Positions 1 through 8,815 of a stretch of 26,908 nt of DNA are shown here, in pieces. Position 1 is the first letter of the stretch. Every line of letters begins with the position of its first letter. Origin of the DNA: an uncultured Clostridium sp. (GTDB lineage Bacteria; Bacillota; Clostridia; TANB77; CAG-508); assembly GCA_964587175.1 (NCBI GenBank), contig CAZPKK010000017.1, positions 1-26,908 on the forward strand, given 5' to 3'. The position numbers and the translations under genes are program-made. The notes beneath the pieces were generated by a model that saw only the letters and a program-made list of their open reading frames with translations, did no database searches and had not been told where the DNA came from.

Positions 1-1413
1 ACTGTTTTATATGAGTTACTTCCTAAAAATACATGTGTATCACAGTTACCCATTATGGTTTCATACGATTTTTCATATACTGCTTCTAATTGATCTAGAT
101 TTTGCAAAATAACACTAAAAGATATTGCTCTACTTCTTGAAGTTGATATTTTTTTGTCAAAATCTGGTATTTGACCAATATTGGCAAACTCATCTAATAT
201 GAAAAATGTTGGCATTTTTAACTTTCCACCATTTTTATCAGCAAAATCGTACAACTGTTGAATCATCTGCGAGAAGAATATTGTAAGTAAGAAATCATAT
301 GCCTTATGTGTGTCTGATGATATAACATATACTGCAGTCTTTTTTGAACCTATTTCATCAAAATCTATTGTGTCTGTTGATGTAACTTCTGCAATTTCTT
401 TTGAGTCGAATTTACCAAGTTTTGATTGCAATGAACTTAGTATTGAACCATATGTTTTCTCTGGTGCTATTTCTATAGATTTATAATTCATTCTTGCTGG
501 ATGGTCATATGGAAGTTGGTTCATTAAATCTGTAAGCAAGTTGCTTCCACCATTTGTGTTTGCTGCCCTTACTAGCTCTGAACAGCTTGCTAAGTTTTGC
601 TCTTCTTCTGGCCTTGTCGCCATTAGATAATATATTAGAGCTTTTAATAGCATTTCTGCCATATCATCCCAGTATGGGTCATTGCTTGATCCTTCTGATT
701 TTTGTCCTTTTACAATTGTATTTGCTATAACATCAACATCTATTTCACTTCTTATATGTAATAATGGATTATATCCATCACTATTTGCAGGATTTACTAA
801 GTTTAATACCTTTATTTCATATCCATTTTTTTTCAAGTAGCCTGCTGTTTTATCGTATAATTCGCCTTTTGGGTCTGTAAATACGTATGAGCCTAACATT
901 TGATAAGCATTAGGTATTGAGTATGATGCAGATTTACCAGAACCTGATCCGTCCAACTACTAATACATTTACATTTCCTCTTTTATTAACCGGCAAATAA
1001 TTATGTTTAGATAATATTATTCCTTTATTTTTACTAAGTATGCTATATTGCTCTCCACCTTCGCTCCAATCACTTGAACCATGTTCAATATCGGTATATT
1101 CATGTTTTGGTTTTGATTTATACAATCCTATTATTGCAAATATTAAATATATTATAGTAAAGTAAAGGAGTGTTTTTCCAAAATATCCTATATAAGAAGA
1201 TGCAAATACTCTTGTAATTGAACTAAAACTTACTATTTCCGTAAATACATTTTCTAAGAATATATCAAAATCAAATGTACCGCTCTGACAAGCAAGGCCT
1301 ATAGAATATCCTATAGGCGCAATAAGTATTATGGATAGAATTACCCATAATATTGCTATTATTATTATGCTTTTTTTGTTATCTTTTAAGGTTTTAGTAA
1401 TTTTATAATTCAT
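1..1413 (-). pseudogene. TraG/VirD4-family type IV coupling protein (T4CP). The frame is broken inside Walker A and the 3' end runs off the window.
   Basis: ORF 934..1413 encodes hydrophobic N-terminal helices and HGSSDWSE, then ...NVNVLVVG followed by a stop. Skipping one base near 951 lets the reading continue as GSGSGKSASYSIPNAYQMLGSYVFTDPKGELYDK...TFFILDEFANIGQIPDFDKKISTSRSRAISFSVILQNLDQLE down to position 1. That stretch contains Walker A, a DPKGE motif, a hhhhDEF Walker B and a Q..QL motif. RBS gaaggtga lies upstream of the ATG at 1413. Confidence 0.8.
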
Positions 1414-1436
1414 TTATTTTCACCTTCTCTTTTGTT

Positions 1437-1757
1437 TTATTTAGATATGTCTTCTCTATTTCTATTTTTATTAATTGCTTCATTGATTAACTCAAGATTT
1501 CCAGTTAAAATTTTTATTTGGTCACCGTCTTTTATGTTTTTTAGATTTCCTGTTGCTCTTGCTTTTTCATTACCATTTCTTATAACTATATTGTCCTGAG
1601 TAGGGATTACCGCCATTTCCCCTTCTTTTACATCTCTTATTGATATACTTATACCAGAACCTTTTGGTGGAATACTTATTCCTTCGCTTCCTTCATCAGC
1701 TATTGTTTGTCCTCCAACAATGTGTAAAAATTCTTTTGAATGTACATTTGTACTCAT
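1437..1757 (-). CDS. Hypothetical protein (106 aa), immediately upstream of and co-oriented with the T4CP gene
   Basis: Complete ORF with RBS agaagggggaaaagga before the ATG, and a 23-nt gap to the T4CP start. I do not recognise the family. Confidence 0.55.
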   Translation of the reverse strand: MSTNVHSKEFLHIVGGQTIADEGSEGISIPPKGSGISISIRDVKEGEMAVIPTQDNIVIRNGNEKARATGNLKNIKDGDQIKILTGNLELINEAINKNRNREDISK

Positions 1758-1771
1758 TCCTTTTCCCCCTT

Positions 1772-2296
1772 CTATACGTCTTTCTTATCATCTCTTATTT
1801 CAAATGAGAAGTATGACTTATATGGTTTTAGTTTGCATTTTCCCTTAACTTCATTTGTGTCCTTGTCAAAGTATAATACTGGTTTTATTTCTTCTGTTGT
1901 TTCTGGGTCAATAATAGTTATTGGTCTTTTTAAGTTTGGTGTATATTTAAAATCCTTATATTCTGTTTCCTCTTCAGAATAAAGAGTATCGAATTTTATT
2001 AATGTGGGCTTTTTAGATATTGTTACTTTATTTTCTTCTAAAATTCCCATATTTACTACTACTCTGTCTTTTCCAAAAGAAAGTATAACTAAGTCTTCTT
2101 CTTCTTTTGGCTCGTCAACAAAAAAAGTTTTCTTTTTAACATCCCCTCTTATTTCTTCTGTATAATCTAATCTTTCTATTGTATATTTAGGTGATTCTTT
2201 TAAAAATTCTTTCTCTGTTTCATTTACTTTATATATAACTGTGTTAACTCCTTGTGGATCGGTTATACTAAAGTGTTTACCTTGTACAATCTCCAT
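1772..2296 (-). CDS. Hypothetical acidic/Lys-rich protein (about 174 aa), first gene of the T4CP operon
   Basis: ORF 1772..2302. The start is more likely the second ATG (2296), which is preceded by agagggtag. A consensus promoter lies upstream. I do not recognise the family. Confidence 0.5.
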   Translation of the reverse strand: MEIVQGKHFSITDPQGVNTVIYKVNETEKEFLKESPKYTIERLDYTEEIRGDVKKKTFFVDEPKEEEDLVILSFGKDRVVVNMGILEENKVTISKKPTLIKFDTLYSEEETEYKDFKYTPNLKRPITIIDPETTEEIKPVLYFDKDTNEVKGKCKLKPYKSYFSFEIRDDKKDV

Positions 2297-2365
2297 ACAC
2301 ATCTACCCTCTTTCTATGAATCTTCACTGCCATAGTTTGTCTTTTGTTAGAATCACTACTCTTTT

Positions 2366-2394
2366 ATTATAACGTAATTCTAGCGATAAGTCAA
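2366..2394 (-). promoter_or_regulatory. Sigma-70-type promoter for the 176aa/106aa/T4CP operon
   Basis: The minus strand reads TTGACT, a 17-nt spacer, then TATAAT, about 70 nt upstream of the 2296 start. Confidence 0.55.
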
Positions 2395-2490
2395 TATTTT
2401 TTTTAGATTATGTTAACGCCTTTTAATGCTTTTTGTCTTTTTTATTATGATTGACATTATTTTCTAAACTATCAGCTACTGTTACATATT

Positions 2491-3393
2491 TTAACTTAAA
2501 TTATTTCTTGGATTAAATGTTGAAATCTGTTTAAATTTCTGAAAAATATCCATTTCCTCTTTTGTTGGTGTTTTAGGTATCATAATTTTTACTTCTGCTA
2601 TTAATTCTCCTCTTCCACCTTTTCCATCTTTATATCCTTTTTCTGGAATTTTTACTTTTTCTCCACTTTCAATTCCTTGCGGAATATGTAAAAAGATTGT
2701 TTCACCAATTGTATCTACTGATACTTTTGTTCCTAGTGCGGCTTCCCATGGGGTAATTTTTAAATCCGTATATAAATCTATACCTTTAAGAATATATTTT
2801 TTGTCGTTCTTTATGTTTATTTTTATTAATAAGTCTCCGTTCTTTCCGCCATTCTCTCCTTTTTTCCCTTGTCCTATTAGTCTTATTTTTTCACCATTTC
2901 TTATTCCTGCTGGTATTTTTATTGTAAAGGTTTTCATTTTGCCATTTTGTGCTCTTAAAGAAATTTTTTTATCTAAACCATAAAAAGCCTCTTCTATAGA
3001 TACATCTATTTCTGTCTCTATATTCTCACCTTTTACTGCAACTTTTTCTTTACTTTTCTTTGGTTTTGCTGTGTTATTTTCATTCTGCTCCCCAAAAAAC
3101 ATATTAAAAAAATTGCTGAAAATAGAACCATCTTCTCTTTTACTTTCTTCAAACTTCTTTTTTCTACCAATATTAGAATTCCACATTCTGTCATATTTTC
3201 TTCTAGACGCTGGAGTTGAAAGAACTTTATATGCTTCATTTATATCTTTAAATCTTTCTTCTGAAAAATAACTTTCGGAATTTATGTCTGGATGATATTT
3301 TTTTGCTTGCTCTCTATATGCTGTTTTTATCTCTTCTGACGTAGACTTGTTATCTTCTAAACCAAGAATTTTATAATAGTCTTTAAAAATCAT
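2491..3393 (-). CDS. J-domain co-chaperone with a DnaJ C-terminal domain but no zinc finger (CbpA-like)
   Basis: N-terminal sequence DYYKILGL...AYREQAKKYHPDIN contains the HPD motif. The C-terminal half resembles DnaJ_C beta domains (GENIETEIDVSIEEAFYG, GEKIRLIGQGKKG). No CxxCxGxG repeats are present. Confidence 0.85.
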   Translation of the reverse strand: MIFKDYYKILGLEDNKSTSEEIKTAYREQAKKYHPDINSESYFSEERFKDINEAYKVLSTPASRRKYDRMWNSNIGRKKKFEESKREDGSIFSNFFNMFFGEQNENNTAKPKKSKEKVAVKGENIETEIDVSIEEAFYGLDKKISLRAQNGKMKTFTIKIPAGIRNGEKIRLIGQGKKGENGGKNGDLLIKINIKNDKKYILKGIDLYTDLKITPWEAALGTKVSVDTIGETIFLHIPQGIESGEKVKIPEKGYKDGKGGRGELIAEVKIMIPKTPTKEEMDIFQKFKQISTFNPRNNLS

Positions 3394-3481
3394 AAGCTCT
3401 ACCCCCTAAAAGCATTACTATTATATCATACAAATCAGAAGAAATAAAGAGAAAAATAGCATTTTTTTGGTTTTCAAAAGT

Positions 3482-3510
3482 CAAAAATAGAAAACAGTTT
3501 TGAAACTGTT
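3482..3510 (-). terminator. Rho-independent terminator downstream of yqeK
   Basis: Minus-strand hairpin AACAGTT/AACTGTT with a 4-nt loop, followed by a T-rich tail (tttctattttt). Confidence 0.5.
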
Positions 3511-3527
3511 CCCTACTTTCTTTCATA

Positions 3528-4151
3528 TTAATTGATCAAAATCTCTTTGATTAATTTGTTTCTAGTTAAAATGCTGTCCATATGAATTAATTTCTTCTTT
3601 TTAATTGTATAAGCTAATGAAGAGTCGATCTCATACAACACAGCCTTATTCAGGTTTTTTAAAGCCATTTGTCTAATTTTATCTAACTCCAAGTTTTTCT
3701 CTTCATCGTCTTTATAAATTCTTCCATCTTCAATTTTATCTGCTACAAAAATAACCTTTGCAAGCAAATCCATATTTTCATTTCCTGTTGTATGATACTT
3801 TATTGCATTCTGCATTTCCTCATCAAAACCATATCTTTTTTTGCAAATGTCTGCACCAATTTTTCCATGAAGTAGACCTACATTAATTTGTTCCACTTCA
3901 TCTACCTCAATATTATTCTGTTTAGCATATTTTAACTTTTCCTCTTCTGGAATTTCTTTTGCAATATCGTGTGCCAAGCCAACTAACTTCGCCTTGTTAA
4001 TATCCACACTATATATTTCTGCAAGTTCTTCTGCTTTTTTCATTACTCCTAGAGAATGTTTATATCTTTTTTCTGATAATTCTCTTTTTACATCTTTATC
4101 TATTTTTTGTAACAAATCTTCCTCTTCTTTATTATTTTTAAAATCCATCAT
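3528..4151 (-). CDS. yqeK: HD-domain hydrolase, YqeK-type bis(5'-nucleosyl)-tetraphosphatase
   Basis: RYKHSLGV...LAHDIAKE HD motifs, about 200 aa, and an overall YqeK-like layout. RBS aaggaagga. Confidence 0.8.
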   Translation of the reverse strand: MMDFKNNKEEEDLLQKIDKDVKRELSEKRYKHSLGVMKKAEELAEIYSVDINKAKLVGLAHDIAKEIPEEEKLKYAKQNNIEVDEVEQINVGLLHGKIGADICKKRYGFDEEMQNAIKYHTTGNENMDLLAKVIFVADKIEDGRIYKDDEEKNLELDKIRQMALKNLNKAVLYEIDSSLAYTIKKKKLIHMDSILTRNKLIKEILIN

Positions 4152-4169
4152 TTTGTTTCCTTCCTTATA

Positions 4170-5231
4170 CTATTTTGAAAAAGATAATTCAATTAAGCTA
4201 TCTAATAATTTTGAATAGCTTACACCTACTTCTTCCCATAATTTTGGATACATACTTATTTGCGTAAAACCGGGCATTGTATTTATTTCATTAATTAATA
4301 CTGTGTTCGTATTATTCTCTATGAAAAAGTCAACCCTTGAAAGCCCACTTCCATCTGTTGCCTTAAATGCCTTTATCGCAGTTTCTCTTATTTCATTTGA
4401 TACATTTTCTGGAATATCTGCTGGAATTACTACTCTAGACTCAGCATTCTTATACTTCGCATCAAAAGTGTAAAACTCCTCTGCTGGCAATATTTCCCCT
4501 ACACAAGAGGCTAATGGATGACTATTGCCTAATACTGCACATTCAACTTCTCTTCCTTTGATTTCTTCTTCTATTAAAATCTTATCATCATATAAAGATG
4601 CAGATGTTACAGTTTCTATCAATTCTCTTTCATTATGTGCTTTTCCTATTCCCACAGAAGAACCAGAATTCGATGGCTTTACAAACACTGGGTATGAAAG
4701 CTCCTCTTTCACCAATTTAGCAATCTCTTCAATCTCATATTCTTTTTCATTAAATTCTTTATCTATCTTTACAAATCTATCTCCTCTTCTTTTTATATAA
4801 ACATACTTTGCTTGAGGTATCTTCGCTCTGTCAAATATAATTTTTGCATATACTTTATCCATACAAATGCTTGAGCTTAATACTCCACATCCAACATAAG
4901 GTTTATTTAATAATTCCAACATTCCTTGTATTGTACCATCTTCCCCATATAGTCCATGTAGTACTGGAAATACCACATCACATTTTTTCAAATATTCTAT
5001 TGGATTTAGTATCTCACTTTTTTCCTCTATTTTTTCTCCTACTTCTAAAACATCTATATTTTCCAACTTTTTAGTATATTCAAACCAATCTCCATTTTTT
5101 GCAATATAAATCGGATAAATATTATATTTCTCTTTATCAAGATTTTTTATAACTGAGGTTCCTGATGTAATTGACACGTCATGCTCTGTTGACATTCCAC
5201 CAAATATAACACCTAATTTTAATTTTTGCAT
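4170..5231 (-). CDS. ddl: D-alanine--D-alanine ligase
   Basis: GVIFGGMSTEHDVSITSG, HGLYGEDGTIQG, an ATP-grasp core and NEINTMPGFT. RBS aaggagga. Confidence 0.95.
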   Translation of the reverse strand: MQKLKLGVIFGGMSTEHDVSITSGTSVIKNLDKEKYNIYPIYIAKNGDWFEYTKKLENIDVLEVGEKIEEKSEILNPIEYLKKCDVVFPVLHGLYGEDGTIQGMLELLNKPYVGCGVLSSSICMDKVYAKIIFDRAKIPQAKYVYIKRRGDRFVKIDKEFNEKEYEIEEIAKLVKEELSYPVFVKPSNSGSSVGIGKAHNERELIETVTSASLYDDKILIEEEIKGREVECAVLGNSHPLASCVGEILPAEEFYTFDAKYKNAESRVVIPADIPENVSNEIRETAIKAFKATDGSGLSRVDFFIENNTNTVLINEINTMPGFTQISMYPKLWEEVGVSYSKLLDSLIELSFSK

Positions 5232-5280
5232 AATATCAAATCCTCCTTAATAGACGTTCTTCGTTTGCGTCAATTTGCAA

Positions 5281-6690
5281 TTATTCACAAATCGCATTAA
5301 ATATTTCTTGAAAATTCAATCTATTTGAAGCTTTTAAAAGCACTGCATCACCTTTACTTGCTTTTTCTTTCAATAGCTTTATTGCCTCACTATTATCCTT
5401 ACAAACATATACATCTTTTTCATTCTTTCCTTGTTTTACTGCTGTTTCAGCAATATATTTTGCTAAATCTCCTACGGTTATCAAAAGTTCAATATTATTT
5501 TTTGCAACCTCCTCTCCCACTTTTTCATGTAATACTTTTGAAAAATCACCTAGTTCCAGCATATCTCCAAGCACCGCAATTTTTTTATTTGCATTTATTT
5601 TTCCTAAGTACTCTATACCTGCTTTCATCGAATCATAATTCGCATTATAACAGTCATTTATAATAGTTAGACCATTCTTTGTTTTTTCTAATTGCATTCT
5701 CCTTTTAGTAAGTTCAAAGTCAGCAATTCCTTTTAATATATCACTCATGTCTATATCAAACAAATTTCCAATCGCAATCGCACATAAACTATTTAGCACA
5801 AAATGATTTCCACCAACAGGAATATTAACATCATACGTTTTTCCATTAACATCTATCTTATATGTACTCCCTTTTTCTGATGTAACTATATTATGTGGCA
5901 TAATATCGCTTTTGTTTTCCATTCCAAAAGTCACGACTTTGAAGTTTTCACTACTTTTTTCTTTGTTCCACTTATAAAGTAAATCATTATCATTATTTAT
6001 TACTAAAACACCATCTTTTTGTATGCCATCTAATATTTCTAACTTTGCTTTTAAAATATTTTCTCTTGAGCCCAAATTTCCTATATGTGCTGTTCCAACA
6101 TTTGTAATGACAGCAACTGTGGGTTTTGCAATCTTTGTTAAATTACTTATTTCTCCTTTTTGATTCATTCCCATCTCAATAACCATTACTTCATGGTTTT
6201 TGAGTCTTAAGATAGTAAGAGGAAGACCTATTTGATTATTATAGTTTCCAAGAGTCTTTAGTGTGTTATACTTTTTAGACATCACACTTGCAATAATATC
6301 TTTTGTGCTTGTCTTTCCTGCACTTCCCGTTACTCCAATTACAGGAATATCATATAAGTCTCTTTTGTATCCAGCTAGTTTCTGTAATGCTTTTATTGAA
6401 TCTTCTACTAAGATTATAGTAATATTTTTATATTTTTCTTTTAGTTCTTCAATATTCATATTATTTTCTATACTAAATTTCTGCAAAATACAAACTTTGG
6501 CACCATTTTTTATTGCAGCATCGTATAGCAAATTCCCATCATGATTCTCTCCTTTTATTCCTATATATACATATCCTTCCTTCACTTCCCTTGTGTCCTG
6601 AGTAAAATCTTCTAAAATTTCATTTTCATCACCACAAATTATTTGCCCATTACATATTTTTTCCACATCTTTTGCAATTATTTTCTTCAT
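5281..6690 (-). CDS. murF: UDP-N-acetylmuramoyl-tripeptide--D-alanyl-D-alanine ligase
   Basis: Mur-ligase P-loop GVTGSAGKTSTKD, DCYNANYDSM, a length of 469 aa, and a position directly upstream of ddl. Confidence 0.93.
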   Translation of the reverse strand: MKKIIAKDVEKICNGQIICGDENEILEDFTQDTREVKEGYVYIGIKGENHDGNLLYDAAIKNGAKVCILQKFSIENNMNIEELKEKYKNITIILVEDSIKALQKLAGYKRDLYDIPVIGVTGSAGKTSTKDIIASVMSKKYNTLKTLGNYNNQIGLPLTILRLKNHEVMVIEMGMNQKGEISNLTKIAKPTVAVITNVGTAHIGNLGSRENILKAKLEILDGIQKDGVLVINNDNDLLYKWNKEKSSENFKVVTFGMENKSDIMPHNIVTSEKGSTYKIDVNGKTYDVNIPVGGNHFVLNSLCAIAIGNLFDIDMSDILKGIADFELTKRRMQLEKTKNGLTIINDCYNANYDSMKAGIEYLGKINANKKIAVLGDMLELGDFSKVLHEKVGEEVAKNNIELLITVGDLAKYIAETAVKQGKNEKDVYVCKDNSEAIKLLKEKASKGDAVLLKASNRLNFQEIFNAICE

Positions 6691-6745
6691 TTATATCATC
6701 CCTTTTTCAAAGACTTTTATATCTTATTATATTTTGATTATGGGT

Positions 6746-6774
6746 ATTATATTCTATAAATAGAATTTTAGCAA
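6746..6774 (-). promoter_or_regulatory. Sigma-70-type promoter for murF-ddl-yqeK
   Basis: The minus strand reads TTGCTA, a 17-nt spacer, then TATAAT, about 55 nt upstream of the murF ATG. Confidence 0.55.
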
Positions 6775-6779
6775 GTATG

Positions 6780-7020
6780 ATATGTCGATTCATATCGTTC
6801 CGATAGCAAGTGACAAATGAATTTGAAAAGCATGACTACTTCTGGCTTTATTTAGTTTGAGTAGTATTTAGAAGAGAAGTGGCTTCGACTTTTGTAGCGT
6901 TTTGCTTTGCAAATACGCACGGACTATAGAGACTTAACTCTGTTGCTCCGGAAATTTCTAACGAAATTTCCTATGCAAGATAATCATCCACGGGTATAAC
7001 CCGTGGTTTACCCTTGAAGT
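6780..7020. ncRNA. Candidate structured RNA or unclassified structured element (identity and strand unknown)
   Basis: No ORF of 60 aa or more. GC is clearly above the surroundings. There are several perfect or near-perfect hairpins: gcgttttgc/gcaaatacgc at about 6898-6919, ggaaatttc-taac-gaaatttcc at about 6951-6972, and ccacggg-tataa-cccgtgg at about 6989-7007. The block lies between the ABC-F terminator and the murF promoter. Confidence 0.3.
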
Positions 7021-7021
7021 T

Positions 7022-7060
7022 AAAAAAGAGAAACCATTTACTGCCGTAAGTAATTTCTCT
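7022..7060 (-). terminator. Rho-independent terminator of the ABC-F gene
   Basis: Minus-strand stem AGAGAAA/TTTCTCT with an inner ttact/agtaa helix, followed by TTTTTT. Confidence 0.65.
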
Positions 7061-7132
7061 TTCTCAATTTATGGATAAGCGTTTTCCTCTACTTTTTTTC
7101 TAAATTAACACCTATACCTATTTTATATTTTC

Positions 7133-8713
7133 TTATTCAATTTCTAAATATTCGTCATATGTTACTTCTTTATCTACTACTCCATTTTGTTTTAAATCTA
7201 TTATTCTGTTCGCTACTGTTTGAGTTAATTGATGATCGTGTGATGTGAATAATAATATTCCTTTGAATTTCATTAATCCTTCATTTAATGCAGTTATACT
7301 TTCCATATCTAGATGATTTGTTGGCTCATCAAATATTAGTAAATTTGCCCCTGATAGCATTATTTTAGAAAGCACACATCTTACTTTCTCTCCTCCTGAT
7401 AAAACATTAACTTCTTTTAATGCTTCTTCTCCCGAAAATAACATTCTTCCTAAAAAGCTTCTTACATATGTTTCATCTGGATCTTTTGAATATTGTCTTA
7501 ACCAATCTGTTATTGATAAATCAGATTCAAACAAATAATTGTTATCTTTTGGGAAATAATTTGTTGTTATTGTTGTACCATATTTGATAGTTCCCGAATC
7601 TGGTTCTAATTCCCCTGCTAAAATTTGGAATAAGACTGTTTTTGCATTTTCATTATCTGCTAAAAATGTTATTTTATCACCTGGTTTTACTACAAAAGAA
7701 ACTTTATCTAATATTTTCTCTCCATTTATTGTTTTTGATATATTTCTAACTTCTAAAATATCTTTGCCAGGTTCTCTATCTGGCTTAAAATCAATATATG
7801 GATATCTTCTATTTGATGGTTTTATTTCGTCTAGTTCAATTTTTTCTAATGACTTCTTTCTCGATGTTGCTTGTTTAGATTTTGAAGCATTTGCACTAAA
7901 TCTTGCAATAAATTCTTGAAGTTCTTTGATTTTTTCTTCTTTCTTTTTATTAGCTTCCTTCATCTGCTTTAATGCTAATTGGCTTGATTCATACCAAAAA
8001 TCATAATTTCCCGGATACACTTTTATTTTTCCGAAATCCACATCTGCAATATGTGTACATACTTTATTTAAAAAGTATCTGTCATGTGATACAACTATAA
8101 CCGTGTTTTCAAAATTAATTAAAAACTCTTCTAGCCAACTTATACTTTTTACATCTAAGTCATTTGTAGGTTCATCTAAAAGCAATATATCAGGGTTTCC
8201 AAATAGCGCTTGAGCTAGTAAAACTTTTACTTTTTCTTTTGGTTCTATTTCACTCATTATTTTATAATGTTTTTCTGTGTCTATTCCTAAATCATTTAAT
8301 AGAACTGCTGCATCAGATTCTGCATTCCAACCATCAAGTTCTGCAAATCTTTCTTCTAATTTTGCAGCTTTCATTCCATCTTCTTCTGAAAAATCTGGTT
8401 TCGCATATATTGCTTCTTTTTCTTTCACTATATTATATAATTCTTGATTACCCATAATTACTGTGTCCATAACAGTGTATTCTTCAAATGCGAAGTGATT
8501 TTGTTGCAAAACTGAAATTCTTTCTTGCTTTTCTTTTGAAACTTCTCCCTTACTTGGTTCTATTTCTCCTGATAAAACTTTTAAGAAAGTAGATTTTCCA
8601 GCTCCATTTGCTCCTATAATTCCATAGCAACATCCTTTATTAAATTTAATGTTTACATCTTCAAACAAAGTCCTTTTTCCAAATCTAATTGTAACTCCTG
8701 TTGCTGTTAACAT
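7133..8713 (-). CDS. ABC-F family ATPase, YbiT/YkpA-like (two ABC domains, no TM domain)
   Basis: NBD1 has GANGAGKST and LLLDEPTNDLD. The linker has FSANASKSKQATSRKK. NBD2 has LSGGEKVR and LIFDEPTNHLD. It is near-colinear with E. coli YbiT as I remember that sequence. I chose the start at the second ATG (8713) because of RBS spacing and the YbiT N-terminus. Confidence 0.9.
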   Translation of the reverse strand: MLTATGVTIRFGKRTLFEDVNIKFNKGCCYGIIGANGAGKSTFLKVLSGEIEPSKGEVSKEKQERISVLQQNHFAFEEYTVMDTVIMGNQELYNIVKEKEAIYAKPDFSEEDGMKAAKLEERFAELDGWNAESDAAVLLNDLGIDTEKHYKIMSEIEPKEKVKVLLAQALFGNPDILLLDEPTNDLDVKSISWLEEFLINFENTVIVVSHDRYFLNKVCTHIADVDFGKIKVYPGNYDFWYESSQLALKQMKEANKKKEEKIKELQEFIARFSANASKSKQATSRKKSLEKIELDEIKPSNRRYPYIDFKPDREPGKDILEVRNISKTINGEKILDKVSFVVKPGDKITFLADNENAKTVLFQILAGELEPDSGTIKYGTTITTNYFPKDNNYLFESDLSITDWLRQYSKDPDETYVRSFLGRMLFSGEEALKEVNVLSGGEKVRCVLSKIMLSGANLLIFDEPTNHLDMESITALNEGLMKFKGILLFTSHDHQLTQTVANRIIDLKQNGVVDKEVTYDEYLEIE

Positions 8714-8815
8714 TCTCATTTCCTCCTACCACTATTTTTTCTAACATATATTATTTTAACATGCATTTACTGTTTTGTCACTCATTATTCAAACATACGG
8801 ACAGCCAATTTGTAT

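Noticed and set aside
6780-7020. tmRNA, RNase P RNA, SRP RNA, T-box or c-di-GMP riboswitch as the identity of the structured intergenic block
   Set aside because: I looked on both strands for the hallmark motifs. These were the tmRNA GGGG...UUCGAC 5' end with a T-arm/ACCA 3' end and an ALAA-type tag, the RNase P GAGGAAAGUCC, the SRP GGAAGCAGC helix 8, the T-box GGUGGUACCGCG, and the GEMM ACGCAAAGC in its correct position. I found at best partial, mis-ordered resemblances, so no class can be assigned by eye.
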